A program made the position numbers and the translations under genes. The notes under the pieces are model-generated. The model was not told the origin of the DNA and searched no databases. It saw nothing but the letters and a program-made list of their open reading frames with translations. 32,000 nt of DNA. It comes from Mesoplasma florum L1. GTDB lineage: Bacteria > Bacillota_I > Bacilli_A > Mycoplasmatales > Mycoplasmataceae. The DNA is taken from positions 420,001-452,000 of the forward strand of contig NC_006055.1 of assembly GCF_000008305.1 (NCBI RefSeq), written 5' to 3'. Positions 1 to 9,820 of the stretch are shown piece after piece (within the stretch, counting starts at the first letter, position 1; the number at the start of each line of letters is the position of its first letter).

Positions 1-173
1 AGTATTTCGTCTTCTACTTTTTTATATTCAGCAATTTCTTTTAGATATTCATCATTAATTACTTTAAAAGGTTTGTGTTTAACTGAATAAACATATGACA
101 AAATTCCAACAATTAAAAGTATTATTGCATATAAGATTATTATGCAAATTGCAATTATAAATTTTGAGTCCAT
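1..173 (-). CDS. hypothetical membrane protein, N-terminal part (continues past left edge)
   Basis: ATG at 171-173 (minus), 1 nt after the TAA of the upstream gene. Translation MDSKFIIAICIIILYAIILLIVGILSYVYSVKHKPFKVINDEYLKEIAEYKKVEDEI shows one clear TM helix. No family recognised. Confidence 0.45.
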   Translation of the reverse strand, partial: MDSKFIIAICIIILYAIILLIVGILSYVYSVKHKPFKVINDEYLKEIAEYKKVEDEI

Positions 174-174
174 T

Positions 175-846
175 TTATTCTTCTTCAAAATCCATTTCAT
201 ATTGTGATCAAATATCAATTAAATTAATTAATGATTCTGCTTTATTTAATATTTCTAAAAATTCATATTTTTTTTCATCATTTATAGTTCTATCAATTTT
301 AAGTAAATTTATCATTAATTTACTTGCTTCTCTTAAATCATTTAAATTAGATTCTTCAAATGCTATTTTTAAAACTTTAATAAATTCATTTTCATTATCA
401 TAGACATTTTTAAATTTTGAAAGTGATTCACCATAAACTTCATTAACTTTTTTAATTATTATTTCTTTGAATATTTCTAAAATATTTTCTTGATTTACAA
501 TTATTTCATTTGCTTTTGATTTAGCTTCTATTGAATCAGTAAATTCAAATAAAAATTCATTAGGTGCTAAAAAATTACTCATAGCTATAGCTATTTGTAA
601 ATCTGAAATAATTTCAAATTCTTCCTTGTGGTTTAAAGATTTAATCTCTTTTAATAAATCTTTTTCTATGTCATTAAGTTTATTTAATAATTTAGTTAAA
701 TCCTCTAACTCTTCAACTTCATTTAAATTATCTAAAAGACTTGTTAATTCTTTTTTATTTTTTAATTCAGCTTCAACATTTTCTAAACTTGAAATAACAA
801 TTGCTAAACCAGGTTCTAAAAAATCAACTTCGATTTCGTTATTCAT
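175..846 (-). CDS. hypothetical acidic, probably coiled-coil protein (223 aa under code 4)
   Basis: ORF 208..846 reads through TGA at 208-210 to TAA at 175-177. AGGAG lies 7 nt upstream of the ATG at 844-846. The protein is E/D/L/K/N-rich with heptad-like runs. No family recognised. Confidence 0.6.
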
Positions 847-924
847 CTTCTTTCTCCTTTTAAAGTATAATTATATTTAATTATACCTTATAATATAAAA
901 AAGAATAAGAATAGAGGAGTTATA

Positions 925-1635
925 ATGATTCAAATATTTAAGTTAAAAGAGTTAAATCAAGTTGAATTATCACATTTGGAAGAATTAAATTCTTGATGAG
1001 ATAAACCTGTTGATAAAAAAATTGCAAAATGCAAATTGTTTATTTCAAAGTTTGGACTGCAGCCAAATGATTACATTACATTTGATAGTTTAAAAGAAGT
1101 TAATTTTAATGATTATATAAGGGGTGTAAATAATTATTTAAATTTTTATACACCGAAATTAAAAACAATTGTAAGCGAAAGACATGCTTTTAAAAAATTT
1201 GATAAGTCAATTATAAATTATATGCAATTAAATGGTTATACAGCATCAATAAGTACTATAGCATCATTTTATACAGAAGAAGTAGATCATGATTTAAATA
1301 AATTTAATAAAATTGATGCAATTAATTTTGCAAATAAAGTTTTATTAGAAAAATGAAATAAATTCAAAAGAGAAGTTTTATCTACTTTTGGTGGGAATGA
1401 AATAATTAAAGATGTTATAAAAGGAATATTTGAAAACGAAGTTATTTATGATGGTGTATTTTTTGACTCAAGAATCATTGTAAATACAATTGTAAAATAT
1501 GCATCAAATCTTTTAAAGAAAACTGAAATTACAGAAAAGCAATTTTTAAATATTATGTACTTAGCTTATCTTCAATCTAACTTTATTGAATCTTTTATTT
1601 ATATTTACAAAGGTTTCACAATAAACCTAAAATAA
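925..1635 (+). CDS. hypothetical protein (236 aa under code 4)
   Basis: ATG at 925 is preceded by AGAGGAG. It shares a frame with track ORF 1036..1356 and reads through TGAs (e.g. 1354-1356) to TAA at 1633-1635. No motif recognised. Confidence 0.6.
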
Positions 1636-1668
1636 AAAAACTATTAGGAATTAAACTAATAGTTTTTT
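1635..1668. terminator. bidirectional intrinsic terminator between convergent genes
   Basis: Inverted repeat aaaaaactattag / ctaatagtttttt, with an A-run on one side and a T-run on the other. Confidence 0.6.
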
Positions 1669-1669
1669 A

Positions 1670-2278
1670 TTAATAAACTTTTATTTCTTCACCGTTAATA
1701 TCACTTTCAATAACGTTAACAAAAGCTAATGCAGCTTTCTCAACAGGGACAGGTTTTACACCTTTGAAATAATCTTCATATTCAACCATTGATTCATTAA
1801 AAACTGAAGGACTAACGCAATTTATTCTAATGTCTTTTTCTATATCAAAAGCGGCTGCTTTAGCAAAAGAAGCTACAGCTCCATTAATCAAGGCATACAT
1901 TGTTCCCATTTTAATAAACTCTTCTTTAATTATTCCTGCAATTAAAGTTATGCTTCCTTTTTCATTTAAATACTTACTTCCTATTAAAACCATATTAACT
2001 TGTCCTAATAATTTACTATTTAAAGAAAACTTTATATCTTCTTGAGTTAAGTTTTCTAAAGGAGCCATTGTAGCTGAACCTGCAGCATTCACAATATGAT
2101 CAACATTCCCAATCTTTTGAAACATTGCTTCAATACTTTCTTTTGAAGTCATATCTACCTGAATATCTCCAGATTTTCTTCCAGCTGTTATTATTTCATA
2201 TTCTTTTTTGCTTTTATTCAATTCTTTAACTATAGCAGTTCCTAGTGTTCCATGACCACCTAAAATTAATACTTTCAT
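1670..2278 (-). CDS. short (202 aa) atypical SDR-family NAD(P)-binding oxidoreductase
   Basis: N-terminal Rossmann motif VLILGGHGTLGTAI, NAAG motif (VNAAGSA), and C-terminal IRINCVSPS typical of SDRs. The canonical Ser...YxxxK is not obvious (sequence reads MYALIN). Confidence 0.75.
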   Translation of the reverse strand: MKVLILGGHGTLGTAIVKELNKSKKEYEIITAGRKSGDIQVDMTSKESIEAMFQKIGNVDHIVNAAGSATMAPLENLTQEDIKFSLNSKLLGQVNMVLIGSKYLNEKGSITLIAGIIKEEFIKMGTMYALINGAVASFAKAAAFDIEKDIRINCVSPSVFNESMVEYEDYFKGVKPVPVEKAALAFVNVIESDINGEEIKVY

Positions 2279-2353
2279 TTAAATCTCCTTTTTTAATTAA
2301 ATTGATTATATAACTATTTTAAAAAATTGATTATTTTTAGTTTATAAATTTAA

Positions 2354-2382
2354 TAAAAAAAAGATGCAAAAAGCATCTTTTT
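2354..2382 (-). terminator. intrinsic terminator downstream of rpsU
   Basis: Hairpin aagatgc-aaaaa-gcatctt flanked by A8 (read as U-run on minus) and T-run. Confidence 0.6.
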
Positions 2383-2404
2383 AGCAAACTAAATTGCTTT
2401 ATTA

Positions 2405-2569
2405 TTATTTGTATTTACGGTTTTGTTTTTGTTTGTAAATTCTTTTTTCTTTTTTACTTAGGTGATATTCACGTTTTCTAGCTTCAGCTTTGTTTGATGA
2501 TGCTACTTTTTGAAATCGTTTAAGAGCTTTTTCGATTGATTCTCCCTCGTGTACGATAATACTTGCCAT
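2405..2569 (-). CDS. rpsU: 30S ribosomal protein S21
   Basis: Not in the ORF track (54 aa). Translation is MASIIVHEGESIEKALKRFQKVASSNKAEARKREYHLSKKEKRIYKQKQNRKYK, the typical S21 pattern (E..ALRRFK...R.REfy.KPs). GGAG lies 8 nt upstream. Confidence 0.9.
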   Translation of the reverse strand: MASIIVHEGESIEKALKRFQKVASSNKAEARKREYHLSKKEKRIYKQKQNRKYK

Positions 2570-2700
2570 TTTTTCAACTCCAATTCAATAAACTATTAAT
2601 ATTTTATCTCAATTGGGTTGTAAATTACAATACTTTTAATAAAAATAAAAAAATTTAACCTTTTTTTGTTTTGGTTAAATTTTATTTTCTATAAAAATCA

Positions 2701-3567
2701 TCAAAGTTTTTTGTCAGATTTTTTTCTCATAATAAAGTAAGGTATAAATATTACTAATAAAACAATAGCCAATATTGTGAAAAAAATTAACATACAAAAT
2801 TTATTAGCTGCTTTCTTTAAAGCTATTTGTTCAGCAACTCCAACAATTTCATATCCATAAAATGAATCTATGTTTCCCTTTCTCGAATAATTAAATATTA
2901 AAGAAAAAATTTGGATTATTGCAGTTAATGATAAAATCACAATAAAAATCATAATTTCTGAATCTAAACTAACTTTATCTGATTTATTAACTAAGAATAA
3001 AATTAATGTTGTTAATCCTCCATATAAATAAATACCAAAACAAGTTCAGTTTAAATATATATGTCTTTTTACTATTTTTTTATAACTTTTGATTATAAAG
3101 AATGGGATTCTTTCTTTTCCCATTAATAAGTCAGATTTATAACCTTTAACATCAATCATAATATGTCTTAAATCAATTAATGCAATTACCATAACAATAG
3201 AACTTAAAATTAAAATAGTAATCATGATAGCAGCACTTGGAATTAATTTTGGATCAATTCTTAAGAAGTTTTCTCCATCTTGTAATTTAATGTAATTTAA
3301 TGCTATGAAAAATGCAGATACAATCGAACATATTATTGAAGTAAACATTAAGAATGCTATTTTATATTTTTCCATTTTAATTTCTTTTGCAATTCTTTTG
3401 TTTACTGTTACTGCTTCTAATTCTTTTTTTGAAAATTCAGGTGTAATACCTCTAAACTTATTTTCACCAAATACTGAATCACTAGAATTTACATAATTAG
3501 GATTTTTTATTTGATTTTGTTCATTTGGATTAGGCTGTTGAATCCCATTCATAATTTCATTATTCAT
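2701..3567 (-). CDS. hypothetical polytopic membrane protein (288 aa under code 4)
   Basis: Track ORFs 3046..3567 and 2701..2952 share a frame and are joined through TGA at 3046-3048. The N-terminus is Q/N-rich and soluble, followed by about 5 hydrophobic helices. The start overlaps the upstream stop as TAATG. Confidence 0.65.
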
Positions 3568-3815
3568 TATTTGCTTTCCCTTTCTTTAAGTTTTGTTTCT
3601 CTAACTATTGAGTTAATTTCTTCATCTATTTTAATTTTTTCAATTTCTAGATTATTACTACTTTTATCTATTTTTACTTTTGTAACAGCAAACTTTGTTA
3701 GATAAATTAGCAAAGATATCAAAAGAAGTGATGCAAAGAAAATAAAAATAAATAAAAATGGAATTGGTTTCCCAAATATAACTAAAGCATTATTTATGTC
3801 AAATATCCCCTTCAT
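3567..3815 (-). CDS. hypothetical small single-pass membrane protein (82 aa)
   Basis: Intact ORF with AGGGGA upstream of the ATG. One TM helix (PIPFLFIFIFFASLLLISLLIYL) then a charged tail. Its stop overlaps the next start (TAATG at 3565-3569). Confidence 0.55.
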   Translation of the reverse strand: MKGIFDINNALVIFGKPIPFLFIFIFFASLLLISLLIYLTKFAVTKVKIDKSSNNLEIEKIKIDEEINSIVRETKLKERESK

Positions 3816-3887
3816 GTCATTTCCCCTTTAAATAATTTTATCATTTTTTATTTTTATTTGTTTTTAGTTTAAATAGTGAGCACAGAA

Positions 3888-3914
3888 TAAAAAACTAAAC
3901 AATGAATGTTTAGT
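3888..3914 (-). terminator. intrinsic terminator after aspS
   Basis: Hairpin actaaaca-atgaa-tgtttagt immediately after the aspS TAA, followed on minus by a U-run. Confidence 0.65.
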
Positions 3915-3915
3915 C

Positions 3916-5649
3916 TTATTTTATTGTTTTAATACTTAATTCACTTAATTGATTGTCTTCAACATAACTAGGTGCATCATTCATCATATCAATCCCTTTT
4001 GAATTTTTAGGGAAAGCTATAACGTCTCTAATTGATTCTGAATGAGTAAGTAACATGATTACTCTATCAATTCCAAAAGCAAAACCAGCATGATTTGGTG
4101 CTCCATATTTATATGCATTTATAAATCAACCAAAGTTTTTCTCAATAGTTTCATCATCCAATCCTACAGCTTCAAACATTCTTTGTTGAATTCCTGAGTC
4201 TGTAATACGAACTCCACCACTTCCAAGTTCAAATCCATTTAAAACTAAATCATATGAATCTGCTATTGCATCTTCTTTATTAGTTTCAAAATCATCAATT
4301 GATTTAATGTTTGGCATTGTAAAAGGGTTATGAGCAGCTACATATCTAGATTCCTCATCACTTCATTCATATAATGGGAAATCAATAATTCATAATAATT
4401 TATAATCATTAGGATCAGCTAAGTTTAAAATTTCAGCAACTTTATTTCTAACTGCACCAAGCATATCTGATATCTTCTCATATTTACCAACGTTTAGTAG
4501 AATAGTTGCTTTATCTTTAATATTAAATTGTTTAATTAAAGCTTGTTTTTCACCATCTGATAAACTTGAAGCGATTGAACCACTTCAAGTTCCATTTTCA
4601 AATTTAGCAAATGCTAAATTATTAAAACTCTTTTGTTTTGCAGTTTCTGTTAAAATTTCTAATTGTTTTTTGCTCAATAATTCTTCAACACAAATTCCTC
4701 TAATTGATAATTTATTTTCTTTAAAACTTTCAAATAATTTGATTTGAGTTTTATCAAATATTTCATTTAAAGTATTAATTTTTAAATCAAATCTAATATC
4801 TGGTTTGTCACTACCATATAAATCTATTGCTTCTCTAAAAGGCATTTTAATTAATTTTTCTTTAAAATCAATTCCTTTAACTTCTAAAAAGATTTTCTTA
4901 ATTACCTTTTCAATTTGGTCTTGAACCTCTGTAGCAGATGCAAATGACATTTCCATATCTAATTGAGTAAATTCAGGTTGACGATCATTTCTTAAATCTT
5001 CATCTCTAAAACATCTAACAATTTGATAATATTTATCAAATCCACTAACCATTAATAATTGTTTATACAATTGGGGAGATTGAGGTAATGCATAAAAAGT
5101 ATTTTTATTTAATCTTGATGGAACTAAGAAATCTCTTGCTCCTTCTGGAGTTGATTTCCCAAAGTATGGAGTTTCAACTTCAACAAAATTATCAGCTTCA
5201 AATTCTTTACGAATTATACTGTTAACTTTTGCTCTTAAAAGCATATTATTTTGTATCTTTTGACGTCTTAAGTCTAAATATCTATATGACATTCTTGTTT
5301 CTTCTGAAACTTCTACATCATTTTCAATAACAAAGGGAGTTAATTCACTTTTATTAATTAATTCAATATTTTTAACTTCAATTTCAATTTCACCAGTAGG
5401 TATATCTGCATTTTTTGATTTACGTTCAATAACTTTACCTGTTATTGAAATTACATACTCAGGTTTTAAATTATTAATTAATTCTTGTTTGTTTTCACCA
5501 ACAACAATTTGTGTAATACCATAAAAATCCCTTAAATCAATAAATGTAATTTGTCCCATTTTACGAATTTTTTTAATTCATCCCTTTAATGTTACTTCTT
5601 GATTTACATTTGAAATGTTTAATTGATTACAATTATGTGTTCTTTTCAT
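3916..5649 (-). CDS. aspS: aspartate--tRNA ligase (bacterial type, 577 aa)
   Basis: Fragments 4126..4317 and 4585..5559 plus unlisted pieces are all one frame, joined by TGA codons. N-terminus is [41 protein letters not shown]. Class II motifs present: [18 protein letters not shown], and the C-terminal [19 protein letters not shown]. Confidence 0.95.
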
Positions 5650-5651
5650 TT

Positions 5652-6899
5652 CTATTTTTCCCCTTTTAAGTATTTAACAATATCTTTAAATTTCAATTCT
5701 TTAGTTTCACCAGATTTTTGATCTTTTATTGCATAAATATCACTATTAATTGAATTTTCACCAATAATAACGATATTTTTAGATTTCAATCTTTCTGCTG
5801 ATTTAAATCCAGCTTTTAAATTTTTAATATTTCAATTTGTATCAACTTTTAGGTTTGCTGTTCTAGCTTCTAATAAAAGTTTATTTGTTAAAAATTGAGC
5901 ATCATCAGACAACGGTATTATAAATAAATCTAATTCATCTTCATCAGCAACTTTTATTTCTTGATCACTAAGAATCATCATTATTCTTTCAATGCCTATT
6001 GCAAAACCACTAGCAGGTAAATTTGGTCCACCTAGTTCTTCAACTAAATTATTGTATGAACCACCAGCGATAATAGCTTGGTCTGTTTTAATATTTTTAA
6101 ATTCAAAAACTAAGCCTGTGTAATAATCTAATCCTCTTACTAAGTTAAAGTTTATTTTTGCTTCAATTCCTAGTTGCTTTAATTGATCAAATGTTTTATT
6201 CAATCTTTCTTTGTTTTCTTGACTTGCAAATAAAGTCATTTTTGGTGCTTCTGCAAATTTATTACCATCAATTTTACAATCTAATACACGTAAAACATTT
6301 TTATTAATTCTTATTTCACAATCTGAACATAAATCATCAAATAAATTCAAATATTTTTTAAGTTCTAATTCGTATTCTTTTCTTTCATTTCCACTTATTA
6401 AATAATTCATTTCAACAATTACGTCTTTATTAATTTTTAATTCTTTTAAGAATGACTGACCTAAAGAAATTAATTCAACATCATGACTAATTGAATCTAT
6501 ACCAAATGTTTCTACCCCTAATTGATTAAATTGTCTATATCTTCCAGCTTGTGGTCTTTCATATCTAAAAATAGGTCCTATATAAAATGTTTTGTATGGT
6601 AGATTCTCTTGAATATATAATTTATTTTCAATTAAAGCTCTTACAGTTGGAGCTGTTCCTTCTGGTCTTAAAACATATTCACGACCTTTTCTGTCTGTAA
6701 ACTCATACATTTCTTTGCTTACAATATCACTTGAGTCTCCAACACCTCTAACAAATAATTCTTTAGATTCAAACATAGGAGTAATGATTTCACCATAGTT
6801 AAAAAGATTTAGAACTTTTCTAAATTTTTCTTCTACTGCATTTCATTCTTTAGAATTATTTAAAAATAAATCTTGAGTTCCTCTAGGTTTTTGAATCAT
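5652..6899 (-). CDS. hisS: histidine--tRNA ligase (415 aa)
   Basis: N-terminus MIQKPRGTQDLFLNNSKEW, then LRPEGTAPTVRA, YIGPIFRYERPQAGRYRQFNQLGVE and GGSYNNLV. Fragments are joined through TGA at 6843-6845 and 5832-5834. TAG stop at 5652-5654, 2 nt before the aspS ATG. Confidence 0.95.
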
Positions 6900-6921
6900 A
6901 AAATCTCCTTTTGCTTTAAAT

Positions 6922-6947
6922 ATTATAACATTTTCATTTATTAACAA
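6922..6947 (-). promoter_or_regulatory. putative sigma-70 promoter of hisS-aspS (extended -10)
   Basis: The minus strand reads TTGTTA-14 nt-TGtTATAAT about 25 nt upstream of the AAGGAG/ATG of hisS. The leader is too short for a T-box. Confidence 0.45.
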
Positions 6948-6965
6948 ATAATAAGGTTTTACAAA

Positions 6966-6996
6966 ATAAAAAAAATGATAGAAACCTATCATTTTG
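6966..6996 (-). terminator. intrinsic terminator after the 7000..8433 gene
   Basis: Hairpin atgatag-aaac-ctatcat, followed on minus by a U8-like run. Confidence 0.6.
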
Positions 6997-6999
6997 ATA

Positions 7000-8433
7000 T
7001 TAGTTTTGTTCTTGTTCGTCTTCATCAAATAATGAAGGATCTATTTCATAATGTTTTCCTTGCATAGCAGCCATTGTTGCATTTGCTTGTTCAGTTCTTG
7101 CTTTCATAATTTTTTGTACATCTTTTTTAGGATTTACAATTACTAACATTAATGCACCCATTAAAGTTAAAATTGAAGATACTAAAGTTATTACAGATAA
7201 AGTTATAATAATGTCTATTTGAGATTTAAAATCTGAACTTAAAGCTTTTATAAAATCATTATAATAATTACCAGTAACTTCTCCTGGGTTTGATGTATCA
7301 GAAATTTGTTGGATTGTTAGATTTTCAAATGCTTTTCATTTGTTCATAACTAAATCATTTGATATAGAAGCAGAAGAAGTTATAACTATATAAATAAGAA
7401 GAATCGCTATTATTAATAGCATAAAACCACTAACTCTATATTTTAATCTTGATGCATCTTGTTTTTTTCAAAAAGTAAATCCAATATAACCAAATCAAAT
7501 TAAATAAAATGCTCCAAAAATTATAGCTCCTACATTTGTTGTTGATTGTGCAAAAATATTCATAGAGTTAGGTATATTAACTCTTGTTGAAGAAGTGTTG
7601 CTAATTACATAAAAGAAATCCTTAAATTGATCTCATTTTTGATCTTGAAATAATATGTGCATGTAAGAATTATCATTTTTAGAAAGATCAACTTTTATTG
7701 TTCCAACATATATTGTTAAAGCTACATAAAAAATAATTGTAATCAGCATAAGTACTGTGAATAATTTTTTAATAAGTGGCATATATTTTGGTTTTGTTTT
7801 AAAAGGATAAAATTTAGGATTCATAAAAATATTTGGTGGCACATTACCACCCATATTTCCACCAAAAAAGTTTTGTTGTTGATTAAAGTTTTGCTGATTC
7901 ATGTTTTCAGTACTTGAATTAGTTTTCTTTTTGTCAGAATTTGCTTTTTCTTTCTCAGCATTTTCTTTTGCTTCTTTTTCAGCTTTCTCTTTTGCTTCTT
8001 CAGCTAATTTTTCATCCATTTTTTTAACATAATCTGAAGATAATTTAGCATTTGATTCGATGTCTTCAATTGTAAATATTTCTTCTTCATTTGTTAATGT
8101 TTTTCTCATTACTTTATAATTTTCGTTAATGAAAGTAACAACACGTGAATATTCAGCATAAATTTCTTCGCTATTGATGTCATCATCTGCTGCTTCAAAT
8201 CTATTTGAAACTTTAGTTATTTTTACATAAGCCTTTGCAAATTCTGCTGCTACTTTTTTACGGTTATATCTACACTTGAACTTGTCGCTTTCCAAAAGTA
8301 ATAATAAGTCAATTAACTTAATAACTTCTTTTCTAAAAGCTTCTTCTTTTCTTAGAAAATACTTTAATTTATCATTTTTAATAATATTAAACAGTAAATG
8401 TGAAATACTAATATAAATTTTTTTATTATGCAT
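7000..8433 (-). CDS. hypothetical membrane protein with KE-rich and Q/N/G-rich linkers (477 aa)
   Basis: ORF 7633..8469 continues through TGA at 7633-7635 to TAA at 7000-7002. I prefer the start at ATG 8431-8433 (GGAGG 6 nt upstream) over the track start at 8469. It has a soluble N-domain, AEEAKEKAEKEAKENAEKEKA, NMNQQNFNQQQNFFGGNMGGNVPPNIF, then about 4 TM helices and an acidic tail. Confidence 0.65.
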
Positions 8434-9385
8434 TTTTATCCTCCATGTTTTTAATAAATCTGTATTCAACTATATTGTCTTTATCCATAGTGTTATTTAA
8501 AACACCTTGTTGAATATAATATAATAATTTAATTTTATCATTTAATTCTCTAATGTTAAGTTTATTTGAAATAGCTATCTTAACTCTATAAGGGTGTGCT
8601 TTTGTTATTTGAACAATTTCTTCATTTCTAATTCCTTGTTGTTTCATAACATTTACATCTCTAAAGAAAACAACAGTTGAACTTAATAATGCTATTAATT
8701 TCGAAATATCATCATTCATAAGTAAATAATCTTTATAAAGTTTTAAAAATGTTTTTGTTTCATTATTAACAAAAGCATTTGATAATTCAAAGATGTCGTT
8801 ATCAATATATTTAGATAGATTATTTTTTATATCATCAAGTGTTATAACATCTGATTCTATGTGAGAAAGTTTAGTTAATTCATTTGTTAAAGTTTGCATA
8901 TCTTTTGGAATAGATTGAAATATAAAAGCTGCATCATGATCTGTTATTGATTTTTCATTTCTAGTGAAAAATGCTTTAATATAATTTAAAACTTCATTTT
9001 CTTGCATAGTTTTAACATTAGTTACTTCTAGATTTTCTTCTATATATTTAGCTATTTTTAATCTTTTAGAAATTCTTTCGTTATTTAATGTAAAAATTAC
9101 AACATTGTCGGTTTTACTTTCAAGAATTCTATAAAGTGCTTCTTCTGAATAGTTTCTATGCAAACTTATTTTTTCTTCTGTTGCAAATCAAGCATCACTT
9201 ATTATTAAAATTTTAGGTTCTCCAAATAAGGAGAAAGTATTTAATGAAGTATATATTTCGGATATATCATTATAAATTAAGGAATAATTTTCAACTTCAT
9301 ATTCTTTTTCAGTCAATAAGTTCTTAACTAATTTATTAACTGTTTTAGTTAATAAAAAATGATCCTCTGAATAAATAAAATACAT
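8426..9385 (-). CDS. holA: DNA polymerase III subunit delta
   Basis: Fragments 9188..9397 and 8426..9163 share a frame, joined via TGA at 9188-9190. The N-terminal pattern MYFIYSEDHFLL...LFGEPKILIISDAWF is typical of HolA. The start is set at ATG 9383-9385 (GGAGG 5 nt upstream); the track start is a GTG inside the SD. Synteny with comEC and rpsT matches Firmicutes. Confidence 0.8.
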
Positions 9386-9475
9386 ACTTACCTCCACAAA
9401 TGTTATTCTTATTTTATATCAATGTTTAGATAAAAATGTTTAAAGAATAAAAATGTTTAATTTTATCTACTTATT

Positions 9476-9484
9476 TGTTATAAT
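9476..9484 (+). promoter_or_regulatory. putative extended -10 promoter element of rpsT
   Basis: TGtTATAAT about 40 nt upstream of the rpsT ATG. AAGGAG SD at 9510-9515. Confidence 0.45.
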
Positions 9485-9522
9485 CTAAATTGTACTAAAA
9501 ATTATATAAAGGAGTTGAAATT

Positions 9523-9768
9523 ATGCCAAATATTAAATCACAAAAAAAACGTGTTTTAACTAATGAAAAATCAAGAGCTTCAAATAAAGCAATTAAATCA
9601 GAAATTAGAACAGCGATTAAAAAAGCTTTAGCTGCTAAAAAAGATGAAGCTACTGATGCAACAGATTTAATTAATCACGCAGTTAGTTTAGTTGACAAAG
9701 GTGTTAAAAAAGGTATCTTAAAACCTAATAAAGCTGCAAGAGAAAAATCACGTTTAATGCAAGCGTAA
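9523..9768 (+). CDS. rpsT: 30S ribosomal protein S20
   Basis: MPNIKSQKKRVLTNEKSRASNKAIKSEIRTAIKK... is the canonical S20 N-terminus. Intact ORF with a strong SD. Confidence 0.95.
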   Translation: MPNIKSQKKRVLTNEKSRASNKAIKSEIRTAIKKALAAKKDEATDATDLINHAVSLVDKGVKKGILKPNKAAREKSRLMQA

Positions 9769-9792
9769 TTCTCAACTAAAAAGAAATAATGT

Positions 9793-9820
9793 AAGGCAAC
9801 AATTGTTGCCTTATTTTTTT
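9793..9820. terminator. bidirectional terminator shared by rpsT and comEC
   Basis: Perfect palindrome aaggcaac-aatt-gttgcctt followed by T8. The comEC TAA (9811-9813) lies inside the 3' arm. Confidence 0.7.

Noticed and set aside
3916-6899. Apparent pseudogenisation of aspS, hisS (and ileS, nadD, comEC elsewhere), which are split into several ORF fragments
   Set aside because: All fragments of each gene are in one frame and are separated only by TGA at positions where Trp is expected. This is the code-4 reading, not gene decay.
6843-7028. N-terminal extension of hisS (MMKTNKNKTNIKMIGFYHFF...) suggested by the track ORF
   Set aside because: The extension crosses a terminator hairpin and a promoter. 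The conserved HisRS N-terminus MIQKPRGTQD starts at ATG 6897-6899, behind AAGGAG.
7920-8010. Repetitive DNA (gcttcttt / ttctcagc units) that at first glance looks like a tandem or spacer-repeat array
   Set aside because: It is in-frame coding low complexity (a KE-rich AEKEAKE repeat) inside the 7000..8433 gene. It has no repeat-spacer architecture, so it is not CRISPR.
8434-8469. 44-nt overlap between ORF 7633..8469 and the holA ORF
   Set aside because: An internal ATG at 8431-8433 has a perfect GGAGG SD and lies just after the holA stop. The upstream ATG has no SD, so the long overlap is probably not real.
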